The notes under the pieces are model-generated. The model searched no databases and was not told where the DNA came from. It saw nothing but the letters and a program-made list of their open reading frames with translations. Of a stretch of 62,426 nucleotides of DNA, positions 51,936 to 60,189 are shown piece by piece. How positions within the stretch are numbered: the first letter of the stretch is position 1; every line of letters starts with the position of its first letter. The translations under genes were made by a program, and so were the position numbers. Source of the stretch: an uncultured Clostridia bacterium (GTDB taxonomy: Bacteria > Bacillota > Clostridia > Oscillospirales > UBA644); contig CALWNV010000002.1 in assembly GCA_944382895.1 (NCBI GenBank), forward strand, positions 1 through 62,426. The letters are read 5' to 3'.

Positions 51936-54926
51936 ATGATCCGGGAGGCAGCGATAGTGCACGAACAACTTTGTTATCATTCTGACTTGAATATATTACA
52001 AAAAGGATGCGAACCTTCTCGTTCGTACTATATCCCGTTCAGCTCAAGGGAAGAAGCCCTGGAAAACAACCGTGTAAAATCCGAGTATTTCAAGCTTCTT
52101 AACGGGGAATGGGATTTTTGTTTTTTTGAAAGCATTTCTGATATTATGGAATTCCCTTCCTCTTTTGAGGATACTATAACGGTCCCTTCCTGTTGGCAGA
52201 ATACATTAAAATATGATAAACCGGTATATCTTAATGTAAATTACCCTTTTCCCGTTGACCCGCCGTTTTTGCCGAAAGAAAATCCCTGTGGATTATACAG
52301 AAAAGAATTTGATGTTTCACGTGAAACATTGGAGCAAAAAGAAGTATATTTGAATTTTGAAGGTGTATGTTCATGTTTTTATCTTTGGGTAAATGATAAA
52401 TTTTGTGCGTATTCACAAGGAAGTCATATGTCGGCTGAGGTAAATATTACTTCTTTTCTGAAGGCTGGAAAAAATGAAATCAGGGTTTTAGTTGTAAAAT
52501 TTTGTATAGGATCATATCTGGAAGATCAGGACATGTTTCGTTTATCGGGGATTTTCAGAGATGTGTATCTTTTATACAGGGATAAGATCCATATAAGAGA
52601 TATAGATATTTCTTACTCTTTTAGTCCAGGGTTTTCTTCAGTTGAGGTAAAGATAACTCTTCACGGAGCGGATTTTTTTCAGAAAAACATCTCTGTATAT
52701 TCGGATAAAGGGGAAACGCTTGTTTATTCGACACTTTCTTCTGAAAGTGAGATTTCTTTTGCTCTAATGAATCCTCGTTTTTGGTCGGCTGAGGATCCGT
52801 ATCTTTACACGTTTGTTATTGAATGCGGGGAAGAAGTTATCTCTCAGCGTATAGGGTTTTGGGATACACAGATAAAGGATGGGGTTTTGTTTTTTAACGG
52901 TGAAAAAATAAAGATTACCGGAGTAAACCATCATGATTCAAATCCTTTTACGGGATATTATCTTTCTGAAGAAGATATTCGTAAAGATATTTTCATAATG
53001 AAAAGGCATAACGTAAATGCTGTCAGAACCTCACATTATCCGCCGTCTCCTATGTTCCTTGAAATGTGTGATGAATTCGGAATATATGTTATTGATGAGG
53101 CGGATATCGAAACACATGGTTTTCTTGTTTCTCACGGAAATATGTCTTTTCTTTCGGAGCAACCGGAATGGGCTCATGCTTTTGTTGACCGTGCGGCTCG
53201 CCTTTATGAACGAGATAAAAATCATCCGTGTGTGTTGATGTGGTCTTTGGGAAATGAGTCAGGGTTTGGGGAAAACCATCGTCGCATGGCGGAATATCTT
53301 CGTTGTAGAGATACCGGGAAAGACGGGAAACGGCGCAGATTAATACATTATGAAGGGGATAATCCTTTTTTTAATAAAAACAGGCGTGAAGCCGACGTGG
53401 GCAGCGCGATGTACAGCGGATATTCGCAACTTGACGAAATCCTTGACGGACAACAATATCTAAAACCGTTTTTTCTTTGTGAATATTCCCACGCAATGGG
53501 GAACAGTTGCGGAGATATAAATGAGTATGTGGATAAATTTTATACCGACGATCGTTTTTTAGGAGGATGCGTATGGGAGTTTTCTGATCATGCGGTCGCA
53601 GAAAAAGACGAAAACGGAAATGTTCGTTTTTTATACGGGGGAGATTTCGGTGAAAAACAACATGACGGTAATTTTTGCGTTGACGGTCTTGTTTCTCCAC
53701 TAAGAGAGCCAAAAAGTTCTTTTCTTGCGGTAAAGCAGGCGTATCGACCTTTTGATATTATACAGGAGGAAAATAAATTTTTGCTTAAAAACAGAAAGCT
53801 GTTTATGCCTTTGGATATTACTCTTTGTTGGATTTTGAAAAACAACGGTCAAGAAATGGCGAATGGAAAAGAAAAACTTTTTGTCGCTCCGAAGGAATCC
53901 GTTTATTTCGATCTTCCTGTCCGATCCTTTGCAGGGGAGACGGTTCTTTCTATTTCTGTTATTGATAACAAATCCGCTCCTTGGGCAAAAGAAGGCCATG
54001 AAATAGGTAAATCAGAGTTTATATTGTCCCGATGTATATTAAAAGAAGAGGCGGAAGAAACGCATGAAAAAGCAAAAAGGTTTCGTTTTGAAGAAAATAA
54101 CAGATATATGCGTATAACGGCAAATAAAACAGTTTTTATTTTTGACCGTGATTCCGGATCTCTCCGATGTATTCGTACAGGAAAAGCAGATATAGTTTCT
54201 TCTCCTTTTGAATTAAATGCTGCAAGGGCTTCTATTGATAATGACAGAAATATTTTTACAAAATGGGAATCTTGGGGTCTTTTTGACGCAAGTCAGCAAT
54301 GTAGAGAGTGTACATACGAAAAAAATGAAAACAATATTATCATAAAGGCTTCTCTTTCGTTGGGCGGTCCGGGGAAAAAACCCTTTATGACTGTCGGCGT
54401 TGTTTATAAATTTTTGCCGACAGGGAGTGTAAGAATAAAGTATTCTGCGAAAATAGCTTCTTTTGTAGAATGGCTTCCCAGATTCGGGGTTTCTTTTACA
54501 ATGCCGGGAAAATATGAGAAAATAAGATTTTACGGATACGGACCCGAAGAAACATATATAGACAAAAATAAATATGCTTTTTTAGGCGTGTATGAAAAAA
54601 AGACCGATACCCGGCCTGATTATTTGAAGCCACAGCAAAGCGGCGATATATTCGGAGTCCGCTGGGCGGAAATTTTGGATAAAAAGGGTCATGGATTGAA
54701 GATTGCTTCCAAAACGCCTTTTTCGTTCAGGGCGTCAAAGTTTTCTGAAAAACAACTTATGTGTAAAAAGCATTGCGAAGAATTAGAGGAAGAGGAAGAA
54801 ACTTTTGTGAGCCTTGATTATAAAATGAGCGGTACAGGCTCGGCTTCCTGTGGTCCGGAGCTTCAGGAAAAATTTCGTCTTTGCGAAAAAGAGTTTGATT
54901 TTTCTTTTGATGTTTATGTTATATGA
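51936..54926 (+). CDS. lacZ: beta-galactosidase (GH2, LacZ type)
   Basis: 996 aa with WSLGNESG (acid/base) and CEYSHAMGNS (nucleophile). The more likely start is the GTG at 51957, 8 nt after GGGAGG. Confidence 0.9.
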   Translation: MIREAAIVHEQLCYHSDLNILQKGCEPSRSYYIPFSSREEALENNRVKSEYFKLLNGEWDFCFFESISDIMEFPSSFEDTITVPSCWQNTLKYDKPVYLNVNYPFPVDPPFLPKENPCGLYRKEFDVSRETLEQKEVYLNFEGVCSCFYLWVNDKFCAYSQGSHMSAEVNITSFLKAGKNEIRVLVVKFCIGSYLEDQDMFRLSGIFRDVYLLYRDKIHIRDIDISYSFSPGFSSVEVKITLHGADFFQKNISVYSDKGETLVYSTLSSESEISFALMNPRFWSAEDPYLYTFVIECGEEVISQRIGFWDTQIKDGVLFFNGEKIKITGVNHHDSNPFTGYYLSEEDIRKDIFIMKRHNVNAVRTSHYPPSPMFLEMCDEFGIYVIDEADIETHGFLVSHGNMSFLSEQPEWAHAFVDRAARLYERDKNHPCVLMWSLGNESGFGENHRRMAEYLRCRDTGKDGKRRRLIHYEGDNPFFNKNRREADVGSAMYSGYSQLDEILDGQQYLKPFFLCEYSHAMGNSCGDINEYVDKFYTDDRFLGGCVWEFSDHAVAEKDENGNVRFLYGGDFGEKQHDGNFCVDGLVSPLREPKSSFLAVKQAYRPFDIIQEENKFLLKNRKLFMPLDITLCWILKNNGQEMANGKEKLFVAPKESVYFDLPVRSFAGETVLSISVIDNKSAPWAKEGHEIGKSEFILSRCILKEEAEETHEKAKRFRFEENNRYMRITANKTVFIFDRDSGSLRCIRTGKADIVSSPFELNAARASIDNDRNIFTKWESWGLFDASQQCRECTYEKNENNIIIKASLSLGGPGKKPFMTVGVVYKFLPTGSVRIKYSAKIASFVEWLPRFGVSFTMPGKYEKIRFYGYGPEETYIDKNKYAFLGVYEKKTDTRPDYLKPQQSGDIFGVRWAEILDKKGHGLKIASKTPFSFRASKFSEKQLMCKKHCEELEEEEETFVSLDYKMSGTGSASCGPELQEKFRLCEKEFDFSFDVYVI

Positions 54927-55020
54927 TTTTTTATATTACAGATTTTAGTTTTTACAATCAGATTCTGTATTGTTATCTTGTTTTTTCTTGTGAGGAAATA
55001 TTTTTTTACGAAAGAAAGTA

Positions 55021-55064
55021 AAAAAACCGTGATTTTATGTTTTAGATATAAATCACGGTTTTTA
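55021..55064. terminator. bidirectional terminator between lacZ and the convergent ABC operon
   Basis: AAAAACCGTGATTT-14 nt-AAATCACGGTTTTT. Confidence 0.75.
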
Positions 55065-55145
55065 TTTATTTTATAAAATGTTAATCGCAAAAAAGATAAA
55101 ACAAAAAATTATATATAGATAATTTCGTGGTTTTTGTTTTGAAAA

Positions 55146-56141
55146 TCAGTTTTGAATTTCGCCTTTGGCGTAGATTTTTCGGATGACATCTTCTATTTTG
55201 CTTTCTTCAATGGAAATATCTCGGATAGGATATTTAGCGGCAATAGATTCTATTATATCCCCTGTACCGGTTTCTTTTTTATTGTATTCTATCCAGAGCC
55301 TTGCTCCTTCCTGTTTGATGATTTTGACGTTATTAATGGCAACGGAGTTTTCCGGTTCTTTATAAAGGTCTACAACGAGCTGTCTGTCGGGAGCAAAGTT
55401 ATTCATTAAAGTTTCAAGAGAACAATCGTGTATGATTTCTCCATGATTTATAATAATTATTCTGTCGCAGAGCTTTTCGATGTCCCCGAGATCATGTGTA
55501 GTAAGGATAATTGTTGTGTGATATTGTTCGTTGATATCTTTTATAAACTGTCTTACACAATATTTTACATCAACGTCAAGGCCAATAGTCGGTTCATCCA
55601 GAAAAATCACCGGCGGGGAATGGAGAATGGCTGCTGCGAGGTCTCCCCGCATTCTTTGCCCTAAAGAAAGCTGCCTTACCGGAGTGTTGATAATTTCCTG
55701 TATATTGAGGATATCGTTCAGGACTGTAAGATTTTTGTGATAAGTGTCATCATCTATTTCGTATATCCTCCTCAGCAGTTCAAAGGATTCTCCAAGCCGA
55801 AGATCCCAATAAAGCTGTGTGCGTTGTCCGAATACTACTCCCAGATTCCGCACAACCTTTTTCCTTTCCTTAAAAGGAGATAATCCTCCTATTGTAACTT
55901 CGCCGGATGTAGGTTGAAGAATCCCGCTCATCATTTTTATCGTGGTGGATTTCCCGGCTCCGTTCGGTCCAATATATCCGACTATTTGACCTGTTTCAAT
56001 GGAAAAACTGATATTATTAACTGCGTGAAGTATACTTTTTTCACTATGTATGAGACTCTTAAAAGCACCTTTAAGTCCGGGCTCTTTTTTTGTTATGACA
56101 AAGTCTTTGGTCAGATTTTTTGCTTCAATTGATACGGCCAT
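55146..56141 (-). CDS. ABC transporter ATP-binding protein (ABC-2 type system)
   Basis: 331 aa with Walker A GPNGAGKST, signature LSLGQRMR and Walker B IFLDEPT. Confidence 0.9.
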   Translation of the reverse strand: MAVSIEAKNLTKDFVITKKEPGLKGAFKSLIHSEKSILHAVNNISFSIETGQIVGYIGPNGAGKSTTIKMMSGILQPTSGEVTIGGLSPFKERKKVVRNLGVVFGQRTQLYWDLRLGESFELLRRIYEIDDDTYHKNLTVLNDILNIQEIINTPVRQLSLGQRMRGDLAAAILHSPPVIFLDEPTIGLDVDVKYCVRQFIKDINEQYHTTIILTTHDLGDIEKLCDRIIIINHGEIIHDCSLETLMNNFAPDRQLVVDLYKEPENSVAINNVKIIKQEGARLWIEYNKKETGTGDIIESIAAKYPIRDISIEESKIEDVIRKIYAKGEIQN

Positions 56142-56171
56142 AAAATCGCCTCCCTGGTAATATGATAAAAA

Positions 56172-56996
56172 TCAGGAGCCGCTGCTTTCATATTTTGACA
56201 GCCCCCGTTTGAAAAAAAGAAACGCGAGAAAAAACACGAGTAATCCGACAAGAAAAGTTATCAGATACGCGTTCCCAAACATCGGAAGCCCGTCTGTTTT
56301 ACCCAAAAATTCTCTTGCTGAATAAAAACTAATAAATGCGATAGGAAATAAATATGTAAACAATATCTGAATCCATGAAGGATATATGGACACCGGATAC
56401 ATGGATGCGGAGTCAAAAAGACGGCTGTCCAGTTCTATCAATGACGAACTGCTTTTGGTGTAAAAAGATATCGATCCGGAAAATAAATATACACCTCCGC
56501 GGATCAGGACTGCTCCGGCGATAGTGATTATAAGTTTCAAAATATTAAAAAATGATGCGTCGAATCCGATTTTGATACATCCGTATATCAGGATTATCAA
56601 ACCGGGCAGCATGTCCGTAAACCCTATAAGGTTTATATAACTGGGTATCATTTGAAAAAACACACCTAAAGGACGGAGCATATACCTGTCAAGCTCTCCG
56701 TAGCGGACACTGCTTTCAATATACCATGTTTGAATGAAGAGAACAATGGTCAATCCGTGGCTGACCGCTGAAATCCCATATAAAAACGCGATTTCCTGAA
56801 ACCCCCAGTCTCCTATGGCCCCGAAGTTGGAAACAATGATGAAAATACCGAGGATCCCGAACCCAAACTGGAACGGATTCGCCAAAAGCCATCCTACTAA
56901 AAAAGACGGATATTCCATTTGTGACTGTATTGTCATTTTAAACGTAAGTAAAATGATAGAAATATGGTGTCGAATGTTGTGTAATAATTTTTTCAT
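56172..56996 (-). CDS. ABC-2 family transporter permease
   Basis: 274 aa and polytopic. It resembles the uncharacterised ABC-2 permease family that occurs as a pair with the upstream gene. Confidence 0.7.
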   Translation of the reverse strand: MKKLLHNIRHHISIILLTFKMTIQSQMEYPSFLVGWLLANPFQFGFGILGIFIIVSNFGAIGDWGFQEIAFLYGISAVSHGLTIVLFIQTWYIESSVRYGELDRYMLRPLGVFFQMIPSYINLIGFTDMLPGLIILIYGCIKIGFDASFFNILKLIITIAGAVLIRGGVYLFSGSISFYTKSSSSLIELDSRLFDSASMYPVSIYPSWIQILFTYLFPIAFISFYSAREFLGKTDGLPMFGNAYLITFLVGLLVFFLAFLFFKRGLSKYESSGS

Positions 56997-57014
56997 TAAA
57001 AATCCTCCTGTCGG

Positions 57015-57848
57015 CTATCCGCCCTGTACAACGACTTTTCGGAACGCGACTTTTTGAAAACGTGTAAGGCAAAGCAACATGAGAATTGCCCATACCAATT
57101 GTATTCCTATTGAAAACAGCGCTTGAAACGGAGAGATTTTCCCAATATAAATACTGATAGGTGTCTGATAAATATGGATAAAAGGCAGGAAATTAAGCAC
57201 GCTCTGTATTTTTTCCGGAAAAAACCAAAGAGGAACAAAACTTCCGGATAAAAAACGTATTATATAATCTTTGGCTCCTCCGATGGGCCCGAGCTGGATT
57301 ATCCAGAAAGAAAAAAGCCCAAAAATACCACAGATACACCAGAGGATGATAAACCCAAGAAAAACGCTTACAAAAAAAAGAACTAACGCGAAAAAATTTG
57401 CCGGGAGCGTAAATCCGAAGAACATACCGCTGAATATATACATAGGAATAAACCGGAACATAAGATTCCCAATCATAATTCCGATATCTGTTGCAAAGTA
57501 AAACCCCATAATATTGATAGGCTTGATAAAGTCTACCGCGACATTTCCCTGTCTTACGTTTTGATTGATGTTACGCTCTACAAAGGTGGAATAAAATACT
57601 GCAAGAAGATTGGAAAGAATCGTATAATGAACCATTTGCTCAACAGATGTTCCGTTTTGCACGGCGTTCAGTCCATAAGCCGCTTTCCAAAAGAAAACAG
57701 ATGCGGATAAGATAACAATTTGACAGACCACCGTAGAAAGAACTTGAAACCGATAGGCCATAAACATCAATATACGGCTTCTCATAATATACCAATAAGC
57801 TTTTATTTTAATCACATCCTGAAATATATGTTTTATTTTTGAAAACAC
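57015..57848 (-). CDS. ABC-2 family transporter permease
   Basis: 277 aa and polytopic, with an N-terminal ...LMFMAYRFQV typical of this permease family. The start is GTG and I see no clear RBS. Confidence 0.7.
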   Translation of the reverse strand: MFSKIKHIFQDVIKIKAYWYIMRSRILMFMAYRFQVLSTVVCQIVILSASVFFWKAAYGLNAVQNGTSVEQMVHYTILSNLLAVFYSTFVERNINQNVRQGNVAVDFIKPINIMGFYFATDIGIMIGNLMFRFIPMYIFSGMFFGFTLPANFFALVLFFVSVFLGFIILWCICGIFGLFSFWIIQLGPIGGAKDYIIRFLSGSFVPLWFFPEKIQSVLNFLPFIHIYQTPISIYIGKISPFQALFSIGIQLVWAILMLLCLTRFQKVAFRKVVVQGG

Positions 57849-57911
57849 CGTTTTGTTATTTGTTTTTTCCGGTAAATGTTTTTGTAAATAAAAAAGTATA
57901 ATCTTTTTTTG

Positions 57912-57955
57912 AGTAAAAAATCCCCCTGTAAATGAAAAGTAAAAACATTTACAGG
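57912..57955 (-). terminator. terminator-like hairpin upstream of the ABC operon
   Basis: Minus-strand CCUGUAAAUG-11 nt-CAUUUACAGG (perfect 10 bp) followed by GGGAUUUUUUAC. Confidence 0.45.
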
Positions 57956-57967
57956 CTTAAAAAATCA

Positions 57968-58015
57968 GCAAAAAAGTCCCTAACCTTGTAAAAATGTTTT
58001 ACCATATTTTACAGG
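57968..58015 (-). terminator. second, related hairpin with a U-run
   Basis: Minus-strand CCUGUAAAAU-10 nt-AUUUUUACAAGG (imperfect) followed by uuagggaCUUUUUUG. It shares its arm sequence with the neighbouring hairpin. Confidence 0.35.
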
Positions 58016-58975
58016 AGAATAAAATATTGTATAAGTTTATTATCAACAGACTTATTTCGAAGTGAATATAAAAATTTTATTAAGCTGATTTTAGTAAGTC
58101 GGAAAAGATTTTCATTACCGACTAAATCCTTTAACCTCGTAGTGTGTTTGCAATCCGTACACCAACGGCAGACCGTAATTTTTATATACCGACCTATAAC
58201 GTCGATTTTTCATTGACACCACATAATGCATGCGGCGGAGCCAGTCGTCTTCTGTTTCGAATAATTTCATTCATTTAACAAGCTAAAAATCTTCCGAATA
58301 TTCATACGCCAACTTTGCTTTTGGATAGGACATACAGCAATAAATCTCTGAACTGCTGTTATCGGACAGAATTACGTCTACTGTTCTCCGGCCAGAAGAC
58401 TGTTCTTTTGTTACTAAGCCTCTTCCAACAAGTCACATAATTTCAGATCTCTTGTTGGGGTAAAACATTCTGTTTTGACACGGCTTTTTGTCACGAAATC
58501 AATTCATCTTCCTTCTGTGCCGATATCGTTTTTCACGAGAGTTAGGCGAATACCCCTGATTTGACTGCGTTTGTTACCATCCATCTAAACGCTTCCTGCA
58601 TAAATTAAATATTAAATCATGCTACGACCTACAAGATGGATAAAAAAGCCGTTAGGATAAAAAATGGCGTGATTTATGAGCAAGGTCAATAGCCGTTCTT
58701 CTAAAACACTCCATAAAAATTAAAATATGATTTGGATGTACCTTTTATAATAATAGTCATAAATGGTTGATTTGTCAACCCCGATCATTCGAAAAAGTTA
58801 AAATTTATATTTTTTTCATCGTTTCTTTGCTTGTTTGCTCACAGTTATAGATTACGAAATTCAAAACCCCTATTTTAATTGATTGGAAAATATAAATAAA
58901 TATCAACCTGATAAATACACAAATTTATAATTGCAACCTTTTATTTTTTCACAGCAAAATTTGTTCAAAACCCTA

Positions 58976-59004
58976 TTGTGAAAAACAAAAATATGTGATA
59001 TAAT
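58976..59004 (+). promoter_or_regulatory. near-consensus sigma-A promoter in the low-GC patch
   Basis: TTGTGA-17 nt-TATAAT with an extended TG (TGaTATAAT). Confidence 0.65.
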
Positions 59005-59010
59005 TAAAAT

Positions 59011-59175
59011 AAGCTCGAATGAGACGAGGCGGACACGGTATCATGCGTTATTTTGAAAAACGCAGTGGATATTGCGTGTTTTTTCGCTATTTGTTTCAAA
59101 GAAGAGAGTATAATCCACTCATCATTCATTTGGATCGCATAAGTCTCTTGTTTGGAGGGGTTATGCGTTTTTTTT
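59011..59175 (+). ncRNA. candidate small RNA or attenuating 5' leader (unclassified)
   Basis: It is bounded by the promoter above and by CGCATAA-18 nt-TTATGCG plus T8 (59136-59175). An internal TGCGTT (59044) / AACGCA (59059) / TGCGTG plus T6 (59073-59084) triplet allows alternative pairings. I recognise no known riboswitch class. Confidence 0.35.
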
Positions 59176-59298
59176 CATCGATCTTCCACCGTGGCTGCCA
59201 CATTATCCTATATTCGTTATAATACAGCATTATCAAGAGGAATCTTTTAATATAAAGCCCGGATAACTTGTTGTTTTTTGAATTCATGACAAATATCC

Positions 59299-59940
59299 AT
59301 GATATATCGGCAAAAATTAATAGTGTTAAGGGGAGGATGTTTAGTGCTTAAAATAACGAACGTGGATAACATCAATAGATTAATTAACGAAAAAATTCAG
59401 AATGAAGAATGTAACCATCTCAATATTTACGGTTCTTACAAAAAATGGAAGATATTTTTTAATATAATTAATATTTTGGTTGCAATATGTATTTATTTGT
59501 ATGCTTTCAGTTTATGCGACAAGGTATCAATTGATTACCTATTGAAAATAGTGGGAATTTTCTTATGTGTGTCAATCTTATGGGTTTTGATAGTTTTGCC
59601 GATTCACGAAATTATACATTTTATTTTAACTCCAAACTGCACAGAACAAACATACATCGTTTTTAGCCCGCCAATGACATTATCAACAATAAGCTTGTGC
59701 TGGATGTCTAAAAAAAGAACACTGTTTTTTTTAATAATGCCGTTTTTGAGCATACAGGTTTTATTGGTATTTATTTTGCTCATACCAGTTAATTCATCAC
59801 TTTGTTTTTTGTTTTTTATTTATTTGTCGTATATGAATTTGTTTTCGGCAGAAGGTGATTTGTTTTCTGCAGTTTACATTCTATGTAAACTGCGTTATGA
59901 CTGCGAAATTCTGGGCATGTATTTTAGGTGTCGACAATAG
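59299..59940 (+). CDS. polytopic membrane protein with HExxH motif (resembles DUF3267 putative zincin peptidases)
   Basis: 213 aa with LPIHEIIHFIL after the second TM helix. It is markedly AT-rich: 35 G+C in the first 120 nt by hand count. An alternative start is the GTG at 59344, 7 nt after GGGGAGG. Confidence 0.55.
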   Translation: MIYRQKLIVLRGGCLVLKITNVDNINRLINEKIQNEECNHLNIYGSYKKWKIFFNIINILVAICIYLYAFSLCDKVSIDYLLKIVGIFLCVSILWVLIVLPIHEIIHFILTPNCTEQTYIVFSPPMTLSTISLCWMSKKRTLFFLIMPFLSIQVLLVFILLIPVNSSLCFLFFIYLSYMNLFSAEGDLFSAVYILCKLRYDCEILGMYFRCRQ

Positions 59941-60189
59941 TATATGTTAATATCTTTCCAAAAGCCAATTCGAAACCCTTTGCGACTTGATTTTAATATG
60001 ATAAACACCTGTAAAATTATGAGTTTTTGGTTCAAATTTATGTTCTTGTAAAATTTCTTGAGAAAACAGTGGTTATCTTAGAAAAATAAAAAGTTTTTGA
60101 CAGTTATATCGAAAAGTCTTTGTGTAAACGGTTTTTGCGCGACTACTTGAAATACATATTGCTTTTTAAAAGAATTCGAGGTAAAATTT

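Noticed and set aside
58100-58640. Reading the minus strand as a tyrosine-recombinase pseudogene.
   Set aside because: The only evidence is vague similarity in short fragments joined by several assumed frameshifts, and no catalytic R/HxxR/Y motif is recoverable. I kept it as 'probable gene remnant' only.
58976-58982. TTGTGAA at the -35 of the strong promoter resembles a Rex/CRP-type half-site.
   Set aside because: There is no inverted partner (TTCACAA) at the required spacing.
59186-59199. TTCCACCGTGGCTGCC, vaguely like the T-box GGTGGTACCGCG core.
   Set aside because: There is no specifier-loop or stem I architecture upstream, and the downstream gene is not an amino-acid-related gene.
59019-59222. 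67 aa ORF (MRRGGHGIMRYFEKRSGY...).
   Set aside because: It has no Shine-Dalgarno and an odd Arg/His/Phe/Tyr composition, and it reads through two terminator-like hairpins. It is better explained as part of a non-coding RNA or leader.
58858-59992. GTTCAAAACCC / TTCGAAACCC words resembling tRNA T-loop sequence, which could mark a tRNA-derived att site.
   Set aside because: The flanking bases cannot form a T-stem or acceptor stem, and no tRNA gene is present anywhere in the window.
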